64,000 bases of DNA from an uncultured Myxococcales bacterium (GCA_964554495.1 CAZKOY010000002.1:15408-79407), one strand, 5' to 3'. Numbered from the stretch's first letter, positions 46,781 through 55,953 are shown. The notes: generated by a model not told the origin, from the letters alone. Numbers and translations: made by a program.

Positions 46781-48196
46781 TTAGGACGGCGCGTGCAGGC
46801 TGCGATACGTCGCCGATAGCAGCGGTCGTGGCAGAGCCAGAACGCGTACCAGCGGCGCTCGCCCCGGCACACTCAGCCACTCGTCGCTGCGCTGCACGGA
46901 AAAGACGGCCGGCGTCGCGTGAAACTGGTCACAGGCGACGACTCCGCGCAGGACCTCATAGCCATCGCCAGGATATCCGTCGACGAGGACCGAGCAGCCT
47001 GGCGGCGTGCGCGTAAACGCCCAGGGCTTGACGAAGAAGTGCGGCTCGCCGGGCGGATGCGTCGTGAAGTACTTGCTCAAATACAGAAGCGCGCCGGGGT
47101 GTTTGTCGACAAACCCCGCGCCGTACAGACGACGAAAGCCCTGAAAAAGTGGCTGCGCTTTCTGCTCTAGCTCGCTGGCGTCGAAGTCCAGGCTGACGCT
47201 GGCCCCGTCGAAGCGAGCGCGAAAATCGAGCAGGTTGCGAAACACGACATGCTGCAAGCGCGGAGCCTGCGGGGCCCGCCGCACTGGCTCTGGCCCCAGG
47301 GCGGTCACGAGGCTTTCGTCGCTGATCAGCTCAAACTCCGTCGGTCCTGCGACGATGATCTCGCCGTGGATTTGCGATCCAAAAAGATCCGCGCGAGCAG
47401 CAGCCAGCCCGCGCGACACTGGGCCGTCTTCGGGCCGCACCTTGATCTGCTTGCGATAGCGACGGGTAGCACTGCCCTCTTTGTGGCGAAAATAGCTGGC
47501 GTCGTAAAACGAGCAGTGAGCTCGCCCTACGTCTTTGCACTCGGCGAGAGAGCGGACGGCAAACGTGGCGGCGAGCGGCATGACGGCCAGGCAGGCAAGC
47601 TCTCCGCCTAGCTGCAGCGTTGGGCTGCGCTGAGCCGCCTCGGACACAGACAGCGTAAGGCACAGCGGGATCAGGCCCGCGGTGGTTTGCGATGGATCGG
47701 CGATCTCCGCTTCGCTGTACAGCGTCTCTGCCAACAGCCAGCTATGCGAGCGACGATTTCCGACGGGCATTAGGCGCAAGCCAAGCCCGCGGTCTGGCTG
47801 CACAAACAGGCCTGTCCACACCACCAGGACCGGCCGTCGTCCCAGGCGCCGCGGCGAGGCCAAAAACAGCGCATGCTCCGTCAGAAAACGGTGCCATGCA
47901 CTGCCTTTTTGCAGCCAGCCAGCGGCAAGCGCCCGCGCTAGGCCCTGGGCATAGCGTTGCTGCAGTCGTGCCAGCGACTCTGCGTCGAGATCCAGCGAGA
48001 ACCCCAGAGGGCCGCGCGCCAGCGGCCACTTTTCCTGCAAGACCACCTGCCAGCCGAACGCATTGCCTTGCAGAAGCGGCACACAGGCCTGGGCCACGCG
48101 CAGCGGGACCGAGCCGCGCAGCGTCGGTGACCTTCGCTCTAAACGAAACAGGCCAGCCAAGGCATCAGCGACCGAAAAACAGACCAGATCGGCCAT
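46781..48196 (-). CDS. Hypothetical 471-aa protein with two similar beta-rich lobes (DUF6065-like, from memory)
   Basis: ATG at 48196. N-lobe ACVPLLQGNAFGWQVVL...VVWTGLFVQPDRGLGLRLMPVGNR. C-lobe FFVKPWAFTRTPPGCSVLVDGYPGDGYEVLRGVVACDQFHATPAVF. 18 nt after the upstream gene and 91 nt before imuA. Confidence 0.6.
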   Translation of the reverse strand: MADLVCFSVADALAGLFRLERRSPTLRGSVPLRVAQACVPLLQGNAFGWQVVLQEKWPLARGPLGFSLDLDAESLARLQQRYAQGLARALAAGWLQKGSAWHRFLTEHALFLASPRRLGRRPVLVVWTGLFVQPDRGLGLRLMPVGNRRSHSWLLAETLYSEAEIADPSQTTAGLIPLCLTLSVSEAAQRSPTLQLGGELACLAVMPLAATFAVRSLAECKDVGRAHCSFYDASYFRHKEGSATRRYRKQIKVRPEDGPVSRGLAAARADLFGSQIHGEIIVAGPTEFELISDESLVTALGPEPVRRAPQAPRLQHVVFRNLLDFRARFDGASVSLDFDASELEQKAQPLFQGFRRLYGAGFVDKHPGALLYLSKYFTTHPPGEPHFFVKPWAFTRTPPGCSVLVDGYPGDGYEVLRGVVACDQFHATPAVFSVQRSDEWLSVPGRAPLVRVLALPRPLLSATYRSLHAPS

Positions 48197-48214
48197 GGCA
48201 CAAGATCCGAGGAC

Positions 48215-49150
48215 TCAGCGACGAGGGCGCTTGGCCGCGGCCTGAATGTTCTGCCACAGCGCGCGATCCTGTGGCGTTCCCAAAAGGCGCAGACACTCTC
48301 CTAACCGCTGACGGTGGGGCGGGGAAAAATCGAGTGCGGCCAGCGAGCGCACGCGCGTGGCCAGCGCGGGGCTGAGCGCCGTACTCGTCGGTGTCGTGGC
48401 ACGACGCGCGGGCGGTGATGCCACCAAGCACAGCTCTCCTGCGGCCTGGGCTGCCACGCTGGGATCGTCGCTGTGCAGAGCAATCTCGGCCAACGCCGGG
48501 CTGCGATCGTGTTGGCTGAGCACCGCCAAGGCGGACATGGCGGCACGCTGCAGGCCCGGCTGCTCACGTTCCTGAGCCAGCGTCGAAAGCAGACCTGAAA
48601 AAGGCGCCCATGCAGCCACCGGCAGTGCTGCCAACGCCCCCAACGCAGCCTCGCGCAGAGGCAATGGCAGGCTGCCTGAACGATCGAGGGTGATGGCCAC
48701 CAGGCGACGGGCCGCGTCGGTGACTTCTGGCGTCAAGTCCATGCCCTGCGGTGGCCCGCCAAAGTCGCCCTCCCAGGGAGCAAGGCCAATGCCCTCGCCG
48801 ATTCGCAGCAGGGTCTCGGCGACGGTCCGAGTCATGCCTTCGTCAAGGCGCTGGCTGCGTACCAGCGGCAGCACGGTATCCAAAAAGATCGGCAGCAGCT
48901 GACACGCTCGCTCGGGATGCTGCAGCGACATAAGACCGAGACCGCGCAGAAGGACCGTCGCCGGCCGGCTCTGCCCACGCGTCGCACTATCGGCCCACAG
49001 GGACAGTAGGCGCGAGCCCCCCAGACGGGCCGCCAAGCGCTCTAGCTCGATGGGATCGCCCGCCACCGCCGACAGCTCACTCGGACGGGGCAGAGCAACG
49101 TCCAGAGCCAGCGGCGACAGGGATAAGAGCCCGAGCAGGACCACTAACAC
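48215..49150 (-). CDS. Hypothetical helical-repeat (HEAT/ARM-like) protein with hydrophobic N-terminus
   Basis: GTG start at 49150. MLVVLLGLLSLSPLALDVA. Repeated ...LREAALGALAAL..., ...LQRAAMSALAVL..., ...DPSVAAQAAGELCLV... HEAT-like units. First gene of the cluster, divergent from lexA. Confidence 0.55.
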   Translation of the reverse strand: MLVVLLGLLSLSPLALDVALPRPSELSAVAGDPIELERLAARLGGSRLLSLWADSATRGQSRPATVLLRGLGLMSLQHPERACQLLPIFLDTVLPLVRSQRLDEGMTRTVAETLLRIGEGIGLAPWEGDFGGPPQGMDLTPEVTDAARRLVAITLDRSGSLPLPLREAALGALAALPVAAWAPFSGLLSTLAQEREQPGLQRAAMSALAVLSQHDRSPALAEIALHSDDPSVAAQAAGELCLVASPPARRATTPTSTALSPALATRVRSLAALDFSPPHRQRLGECLRLLGTPQDRALWQNIQAAAKRPRR

Positions 49151-49391
49151 GTGCTTCTCCGTATCTGTCGCGGAGCCGCTGCAGGCCGCGCGTCCATGCC
49201 GCGATGGGGACCTAGCCTCTTGATGCAGCTACGTCGCATTCTTTACAGCCTACTCGCGACGGAGCGAGGGCGAACAAGAATTCGTCCGCGATCTCGCGAA
49301 CTTGCACCTGCTCAAGGCCCTTTGCCGACCGTTCTGTGGACGGCCGGGCCGCCTGCACAGACCCTGCATTTCGGGGGTTTGACATAGGACC

Positions 49392-49408
49392 GTCCGTTCA
49401 GTAGGCTG
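49392..49408 (+). promoter_or_regulatory. Candidate LexA operator overlapping a putative lexA promoter
   Basis: GTCCGTTCagtAGGCTG lies immediately downstream of a TTGACA hexamer (49379..49384). GTTCAGT occurs twice (49396 and 49415). The motif is shared with the recA upstream region. Confidence 0.35.
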
Positions 49409-49497
49409 CCAAAAGTTCAGTCCCCCCCCTGAGTCCGCAAAAGGCCATCCTCCGACGCGCTGGCCCGCGAATTCAGACCCGGCAGGCGAGGTCGATC

Positions 49498-50349
49498 ATG
49501 AGAGACAACGACGGAAAACAGCATTCAACGACGACGATGACGCGGCGAGGGCGAATAAGTCGTCCCCCCGCAGTCAGCCCTCGCCCGGCCCTGCGCCTGG
49601 CCGGTGATCGCGACACAGCACTGGAAGGCGACCGCGGTGAAGCCGACGAGCCTGGGCGCGATCGCCTGACCGATCGGCAGCGTCAGGTGTTGCAGTTCAT
49701 TAGCCAGAGCATCCGCAGCCGCGGCTATCCCCCGACGCTGCGTGAGATCGGTCAGCATATGCAGATCCGATCGACAAATGGCGTCAACGACCATCTGCGA
49801 GCGCTCGAACGCAAGGGTTTCTTAGAGCGCCACGATCTGAAGTCGCGAGCCCTGCGCGTCAAGAACCCCGACGGAGAGCAGAGCGACGATGGCCAGAGCC
49901 TATCGCGCGCGGCCAGTCAGGCCATGGTCACCGCCGCAGCGGCCCTTTCCGAAGACGTCGTCGAAGTGCCGCTGCTTGGCCGCGTCGCCGCCGGTCAGCC
50001 GCTCTTGGCGTTTGAGCAGCGCGAAGACACGGTGCAAGTTGACCGCTTCTTTTTGGGCAATCACCGCGATGTCTTCGCGCTGCGCGTCAAGGGCGACTCG
50101 ATGATTGAAGCCGGTATCCACGACGGCGACTATCTGTTCGTCAAGAAACAGTCGGTGGCCCACGCGGGCGACATCGTCGTCGCGATGATCAACGACGAGG
50201 CGACGGTGAAGTACTTTTATCCCGAGCGCGATCGCATCGTCTTTAAGCCCGCCAATAGCCGCATGGTGCCCATCGAGGTCAAAAAGAGCGAGTTCAAGCC
50301 CGTAAACTTGCTCGGCACCGTCGTCGGTATCTATCGCCGCATCACGTAG
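49498..50349 (+). CDS. lexA: LexA repressor (S24 peptidase) with N-terminal extension
   Basis: [29 protein letters not shown] (wHTH), cleavage-site context [27 protein letters not shown], and catalytic Lys context TVKYF. The start could be the ATG at 49537. Confidence 0.92.
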   Translation: MRDNDGKQHSTTTMTRRGRISRPPAVSPRPALRLAGDRDTALEGDRGEADEPGRDRLTDRQRQVLQFISQSIRSRGYPPTLREIGQHMQIRSTNGVNDHLRALERKGFLERHDLKSRALRVKNPDGEQSDDGQSLSRAASQAMVTAAAALSEDVVEVPLLGRVAAGQPLLAFEQREDTVQVDRFFLGNHRDVFALRVKGDSMIEAGIHDGDYLFVKKQSVAHAGDIVVAMINDEATVKYFYPERDRIVFKPANSRMVPIEVKKSEFKPVNLLGTVVGIYRRIT

Positions 50350-50354
50350 TGACG

Positions 50355-52649
50355 TCAGAAGCGCCCACGGACACCGAGCGACGGCAAGATCCAGTTAAAG
50401 CCGTTTAGCTGCGGCATGTCGAAGCGCGTGATGTTGCCCTGCCGCGGATAGGCGATACCAAAAACCGCTTGCCCAAAGGTGGTGTTGACCACTTCCAGAA
50501 ACACATCCAGAGCAAAGCGACGAAAGATCCACTCGCGATCGATGCGCACATCAAACTGGATGGTGTCGGGGATGCGCTGGTTGTTGCGCACGGTGCCGGC
50601 GCCGTCGGGGGGAATGAGCTGGGTGTACGGCCGACCCGTCGAATAAAAAAACCGCCCGCCCAGCATCAGGTTCCAAGGCAGCCGTAGCTGCAGCACCGCG
50701 TTTAGCACGTGCGTCTGGTCATAGTCCGCAGGCCGCAAGCCGCAGGTGTACGAGCGCTCCGCCCGCCCCAGCGTATACGCTAGCCAGCCTGTTACGCGGC
50801 CACGCTGACGACGCAGCATCAGCTCCATGCCATAGGACACACCGTCGACCTGCCGCATCACCTGCGCGATATAGCCCGTCAGCGACTCGGGCGGCGGCGA
50901 GGTGCAGAGCTGCGGCGTGAAGTCGAGGACGACATCGTTGGATTTTTCGTAGCGCTGATAGAAGCCGGTCAGCGCAAAGAACAGGTTCCAAGGCAGCGTC
51001 GCTTCTTGTCCCAAAGCCAGGTGCGTCGCGCGCTGCAGACCCAGCTGCAAAGCAAAGGTATCGATGCCGGGCAGCGGCACGGGAAAGCTCGGCGGCTGCT
51101 GATAGATTCCGACGCCACCGTGCAGCGTCAGCCACGATGTCAGCTGCGATCGAAGCTGCAGTCGCGGATCGAAACCAAGCAGCGTCACCGTCCCCGCGCG
51201 ATACACATCAACTCGCCCAGATAGCGTCAACTGCAGGCGGCCGGGATGCAGCGGACCGACGGTGGCGACACCATACGCCGCGCCAACCATGCCATCGCGC
51301 GATGTGCCCAGCTCGCCGAGATCATCGGGCCGCGCTCGCACGGGATCGGGGTCAAAGTTCTCGGCAGTAAAACGCGAGATCTCGCCGTCGATACCAACGC
51401 GCAGGCGCAGCCAGGCACCATGCTCGCCGGTCCCGATCTGCGTGCGATAGCTGGCCAAGGCGCGCATGTTCAGAGACAGCTTGCGCACGCCATTGCCTTG
51501 AAAGATGGTCATCTCATCGACACCGCCGACGGCTCCGGCTTCCACCTGCCAGCCATGACCACTGTGGCGATACACAGCCTGCAGGCGGTGAAACATCACG
51601 CGAAAGGTGTTGTCGACGGGCTTCTGCGCCATCGCCGACAGGTTGGGGTCGACAATAGTCACCTGATCGTACGAACCGAGGACCTGGACCGAAAGCCCAC
51701 GGACATCGAGGCGCAGATGATAGTCCCAGTACCCAACGTCGACGCGGCTGTCGATGGCATGCACGATCGGACCGGGATAGCCATAGTGCCCCGACAGCGA
51801 CACGCGCAGACCGCCGGGCAAAGGCGCCTCTAGCAGCGCCGAGACATCGTAAAGCTTTACTTCCAGCTCACCATGCCAAGCATCGGCCCGCGCCGCGCGC
51901 GTGCGGCCCACCATCACGCCGCCGCCGTAGCGCCCCAGCGACGCATCGTAGGCACCGGGATAGAAGTCGATCTGATCGACCAAGCGCGCGTGCGCAATGC
52001 CGCCCCCCACGAGCAAATGAAACAGCTGCGGCACGCGCATGCCGTCGAGAAAAAAGCCGTTCATCCCGGGACTGGCACCGCGCACAACAAACACCGGCAG
52101 CAGCGGAACCGGCGTCGCAACTCCCGGAAGAAGTCCCATCACGCGAAATGGATCGCCCAGGCTGCCCGGCAGCGTCGTCAGCTCTTCGCCGCGCAGGCTG
52201 GTCTGCTGGCCTTGGTGCGGCGGATCCGCGCGCACCACCGTCGCAAACGGACTGTTCCCGCGGGCTCGACGCAGCAGAAACTCGTGGCGATTTTCGCCGG
52301 GACGTAGCACAAGCTCTTGCCGCAGCGACTCAAAACCTGCTGCGATGATGCGCAGCCGCAGCTTCCCCGCCGACACCTTCAGCGTGAAGTCACCGTCGGC
52401 ATTGCTCAGCACCGATGCCGCTTCACGCGACGGCGAGCGGGCGTTGTCAGCTTCAGGTGAAGCTGCTTGTGCGACGGGCTCGATGCGAATCTCGGCCGCG
52501 GCGATGCGCGCAATCGATCCGCGGGCAAACACGCGGCCCTGCAGAATCGCGGGCGCCTCGTCGGCTTTTGCAGTCGAAGCCCGAAGCAAAAGCCCCCAAG
52601 TCAGCGAGGCCAAGACAGCGATTGGCAGCGCCCAGCGCGACACAGACAT
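50355..52649 (-). CDS. Oar-like outer-membrane beta-barrel (CarboxypepD_reg + TonB-dependent-receptor-like)
   Basis: Start trimmed to the ATG at 52649 (signal peptide MSVSRWALPIAVLASLTWGLLLRASTAKA). GRVFARGS...DGDFTLKV is a Cna/CarboxypepD-like domain. Plug-like LPGSLGDPFRVMGLLPGV. C-terminal ...GVRGRF. Confidence 0.75.
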   Translation of the reverse strand: MSVSRWALPIAVLASLTWGLLLRASTAKADEAPAILQGRVFARGSIARIAAAEIRIEPVAQAASPEADNARSPSREAASVLSNADGDFTLKVSAGKLRLRIIAAGFESLRQELVLRPGENRHEFLLRRARGNSPFATVVRADPPHQGQQTSLRGEELTTLPGSLGDPFRVMGLLPGVATPVPLLPVFVVRGASPGMNGFFLDGMRVPQLFHLLVGGGIAHARLVDQIDFYPGAYDASLGRYGGGVMVGRTRAARADAWHGELEVKLYDVSALLEAPLPGGLRVSLSGHYGYPGPIVHAIDSRVDVGYWDYHLRLDVRGLSVQVLGSYDQVTIVDPNLSAMAQKPVDNTFRVMFHRLQAVYRHSGHGWQVEAGAVGGVDEMTIFQGNGVRKLSLNMRALASYRTQIGTGEHGAWLRLRVGIDGEISRFTAENFDPDPVRARPDDLGELGTSRDGMVGAAYGVATVGPLHPGRLQLTLSGRVDVYRAGTVTLLGFDPRLQLRSQLTSWLTLHGGVGIYQQPPSFPVPLPGIDTFALQLGLQRATHLALGQEATLPWNLFFALTGFYQRYEKSNDVVLDFTPQLCTSPPPESLTGYIAQVMRQVDGVSYGMELMLRRQRGRVTGWLAYTLGRAERSYTCGLRPADYDQTHVLNAVLQLRLPWNLMLGGRFFYSTGRPYTQLIPPDGAGTVRNNQRIPDTIQFDVRIDREWIFRRFALDVFLEVVNTTFGQAVFGIAYPRQGNITRFDMPQLNGFNWILPSLGVRGRF

Positions 52650-52788
52650 CACGGGCAGCTTAGTCAGGTTTCCCGTCGGAAGCGAGCCTGTATCGACAGA
52701 TACATGAGGTGACAAACGGGGTGCGTCTCGACAAACTCACCGGCAACCGCCGCGGCGCTTGCATACGGGACGCGCTTTCGCCGAAGGT

Positions 52789-55700
52789 ATGAACTGGGAC
52801 ACGCAGGAGAACGAGCCCGTGGATCTGTTCGATCGCTTCAACCGCCTTGCCAACCAAGTCGGCGGAATTCTGGGTGAGCTTGCCGATGATGTCCGACCAC
52901 ACGTCGAGCTTGCTTCCGCACTGCTCGATCGTCGCGACTTCGACGGTGCCATTGCCGAGCTTAAGCTTGCGCTAGAGAAGCGCCGCGATCACGCCCGTGC
53001 CCTGTACCTGTTGGGCCTGGCGCACAGCCAGCGTGGCCGCCCCGGCGATGCGGAAGAAGCCAAGCGTGCGCTGGAACAAGCACTGGCCGTTCGCGAGGGG
53101 TACGCCGAAGCACACGTGGCACTGGGCGATGCGCTGCGACAAGGCGGTGAATACGAAGCCTCGGCCGAAAACTATCGCACCGCCCTGCCCTTGTTGTCCG
53201 ACGCGGCCGCTCGCGCCGATGTCGAGCGCCGCTTGGGCGCCCTGTATTTAGAGACCGATCAGATCGACAAAGCTGTGCGCGAGCTTCGCAAGTCTGTCTC
53301 GGCCAACCCCGAAGACGCGGCGAGCCAAGGGCTGCTCGGTCAAGCGCTGGTCAAGTCAGCACAGCGACGAGCGGAACCCCCCGGTGGGCCGACGTTTGAA
53401 GCTGCACGGCAGTGCCTTCTGCGCGCGGCACGGGCGGAGCATCCCTCTCCATCGATCCTCGCCACGCTTGGAGCGCTGCTGCTGGCAGCGGATCAGGTTG
53501 CGGATGCCGAAAAGGCGCTGCTGCGTGCGCTCAAAGAAGCGCCTGAGCTGGTTTCGGCGCTGCTCACCCTCGGGAAGCTGCGCCTACGGCAGGGCGATGT
53601 GGCCAGCGCATACGAGCAAGGTCTGCGCGCCTATGCCAGCCTGCGCGGCCAGCCGGCGAGCGGCCCGGATCGTTCTACGTCGCAGGCTACGTCGCAGGCT
53701 ACGTCGCAGGCCACGTCTACCGACAGCGCACAGCAGCGTGCCGAGGTGCATATGCTTCTCGCGCGCTGCCATGTAAAGACGGGCACCATCGAGCGTGCGC
53801 TTGCCGCGTATGACGAAGCCTTGGCCGAGCTCTCGACCGCGCGCACACAGATCGCCGCTGGGCCCGAAAACACCGACGCACTGAGCCGAATTGATCATGT
53901 CGCCGCCGAGCTTGTCCACGAGGCACTACACGTCGCATTGCTGCACGATCATGTGACGCATGCCGTCGCGCTGGCCAAGCATCCCAATATCCCGCGCAGC
54001 CCCGACAGCCTGGCGGCACAGGCTCTGGCGCCGGGCATCTTGGTCGCAGATGCTGATGCGCTGATCCATCAAGCCCTTGAGCTTGGCGACACCATCGAGG
54101 TGCGTTTGGCTGCCGCTGAAGTCGAGCTTCGCCGCGGGCAGCGAGCTGCAGCCGGTGCTCAGCTGCGACGGGCAGCCGCATTGGATGCCAACGATCCGCG
54201 TCCGCGCAAGCGCCTGAGCGCGCTGTACGATCGCGAGCGCGAAGCTTTGCCGCGCGATCTGTATGGTCTGCTGCGACGTACGCACGATCTGCTTTCGAGC
54301 AGCCCCGATCTGTCGACGTTTGGTCCCGATGCCTCGCGCATCATCGAGCTATTCGATCGCCCGCTTTTGGTCACGGTGATGGGCGAATTCAACGCCGGCA
54401 AGTCGACGTTTGTAAACGCGCTGCTCGGCGAAGAAGTGGCGCCCATGGGCGTGACCCCGACTACAGCCACCATCAACCTGCTGAAGTACGGTCGCGAACA
54501 AGGGGCGCGCGTCGTATACCGCGATGGGCAGAGCCGCCACGTTCCCTGGGCCAAGGTTCCGTCGCTGTTGCGCGGTCTTGACCCACAGGAAGCCGCACGC
54601 ATTCAGCTGGTTGAAGTTCTGTATCCGCTGGATGTCCTGCAGCGCGTCAACGTCGTCGACACGCCCGGTTTGAACTCCATCCTGCCCGAGCACGAGGCAA
54701 CCGCGCGCGAGTTCATCGCCCAGGCCGATGCCGTGGTGTGGCTGTTTACGGTCGATCAAGCCGGCAAGAGCAGCGAACGAGAAGCCCTGTCCGCGATCCG
54801 CGCTGCCGGCAAGCAGATCTTGGGTGTCCTGAACAAGATCGACCGCCTGCCTCAGCTCGCAGACAGCGACGGGGCGATGAGCGATCTCGCCACTTCGCCC
54901 GCGCTGCAGAGCATCCTCGATCATCTGCGCGAAAGCGACAGCGGTCTGGTCGATCTGCTGGAAGCGATCGTGCCCTTTTCCAGCCGCGAAGCCATGCTCG
55001 GTCGCAAGAGCAGCGACGCTGAACGCATGCGCCGCGCCAACCTGCCCGCCTTAGAGCAGGCGCTTGAAGAGCGGTTTTTCCAACGGGCGCAGGCCATCAA
55101 GCACAGTGCCGCACGAGCGCGCCTGCTGGCTCTGCTCGACCGCGCACGCACGCACATCGAAGGGCTGATCAGCAGCCCGACTCGCGACAGCCTAGAGCGC
55201 GATCTGCGCCTGCTGCAGGCCGATGGTCTTTTGTTCCAGCGCGATCTGCTTCCGCGTGAGCGCAAGCTATTGCTAAACGACGCCGATGCGGCCCATCGCG
55301 CCGCTGCACGCGAGACCTTGGACTTCGTCCGGCCGCGCCGCTGGCCCTTTTCGGAACACCAGGCCGCCCCCGCCGACCGCGACTTCTTGCTGACTCTGCT
55401 CGACGAAAAGTTTGTCGCCATGGCCAAGGCGTCGCGCGGCCGCGTGCTGGCCGATCTGCACCTGGGCCAACACGACAGCGAGATCGAGTTCGTCCGCCTG
55501 CTGGATGAGCAGGTCTATGGCCGATATCGCGCGTTCTCGCGGGGCTATCTGCGCGGCGGCAAGGTTGATGACTTCTTCGTCCGTGTGCTGCCCAAGCTTG
55601 AGCTCAGCGAGGCCGCGATTGGCCGCGCTCTCGAACGCGACTCACCGACTGCGCCAGAGATCCTGGAAGAGGAGCTCCTGACCCCTCTGCGCGCCTTTTT

Positions 55701-55860
55701 CGAGACGCTGCAGCGCGAGCGTACCGCCCGCCTGCGCAAGGCCATCAGCGACGAAGAGCTGCGCTGCCTAGATATCGAAGAGCGCCTCTTGTTCCCGCTG
55801 TGCGCCCTCCGCGACATCGTCAGCGACGCGGCTGCACCGCCTGCTGCGCATTCCGACTAA
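52789..55860 (+). CDS. TPR-repeat protein fused to a bacterial dynamin-like GTPase
   Basis: About 480 aa of TPR-like repeats, then G1 GEFNAGKSTFVNALLG, G3 VVDTPGLNS, G4 LNKIDRL and a long helical stalk. GAAGG RBS before the ATG at 52789. Confidence 0.8.
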   Translation: MNWDTQENEPVDLFDRFNRLANQVGGILGELADDVRPHVELASALLDRRDFDGAIAELKLALEKRRDHARALYLLGLAHSQRGRPGDAEEAKRALEQALAVREGYAEAHVALGDALRQGGEYEASAENYRTALPLLSDAAARADVERRLGALYLETDQIDKAVRELRKSVSANPEDAASQGLLGQALVKSAQRRAEPPGGPTFEAARQCLLRAARAEHPSPSILATLGALLLAADQVADAEKALLRALKEAPELVSALLTLGKLRLRQGDVASAYEQGLRAYASLRGQPASGPDRSTSQATSQATSQATSTDSAQQRAEVHMLLARCHVKTGTIERALAAYDEALAELSTARTQIAAGPENTDALSRIDHVAAELVHEALHVALLHDHVTHAVALAKHPNIPRSPDSLAAQALAPGILVADADALIHQALELGDTIEVRLAAAEVELRRGQRAAAGAQLRRAAALDANDPRPRKRLSALYDREREALPRDLYGLLRRTHDLLSSSPDLSTFGPDASRIIELFDRPLLVTVMGEFNAGKSTFVNALLGEEVAPMGVTPTTATINLLKYGREQGARVVYRDGQSRHVPWAKVPSLLRGLDPQEAARIQLVEVLYPLDVLQRVNVVDTPGLNSILPEHEATAREFIAQADAVVWLFTVDQAGKSSEREALSAIRAAGKQILGVLNKIDRLPQLADSDGAMSDLATSPALQSILDHLRESDSGLVDLLEAIVPFSSREAMLGRKSSDAERMRRANLPALEQALEERFFQRAQAIKHSAARARLLALLDRARTHIEGLISSPTRDSLERDLRLLQADGLLFQRDLLPRERKLLLNDADAAHRAAARETLDFVRPRRWPFSEHQAAPADRDFLLTLLDEKFVAMAKASRGRVLADLHLGQHDSEIEFVRLLDEQVYGRYRAFSRGYLRGGKVDDFFVRVLPKLELSEAAIGRALERDSPTAPEILEEELLTPLRAFFETLQRERTARLRKAISDEELRCLDIEERLLFPLCALRDIVSDAAAPPAAHSD
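53677..53717 (+). repeat. In-frame 12-bp tandem repeat (about 3.4 copies) encoding (TSQA)3
   Basis: acgtcgcaggct at 53677 and 53689, acgtcgcaggcc at 53701, then a partial unit. Confidence 0.9.
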
Positions 55861-55953
55861 CGCACGCCATACGCTGCTTTGGCAGAATTCGGAATGATTC
55901 CCTACACAGATAGAAGCTAGCCATCATCCATCGATTTGTGTGATGGTTCAGTC

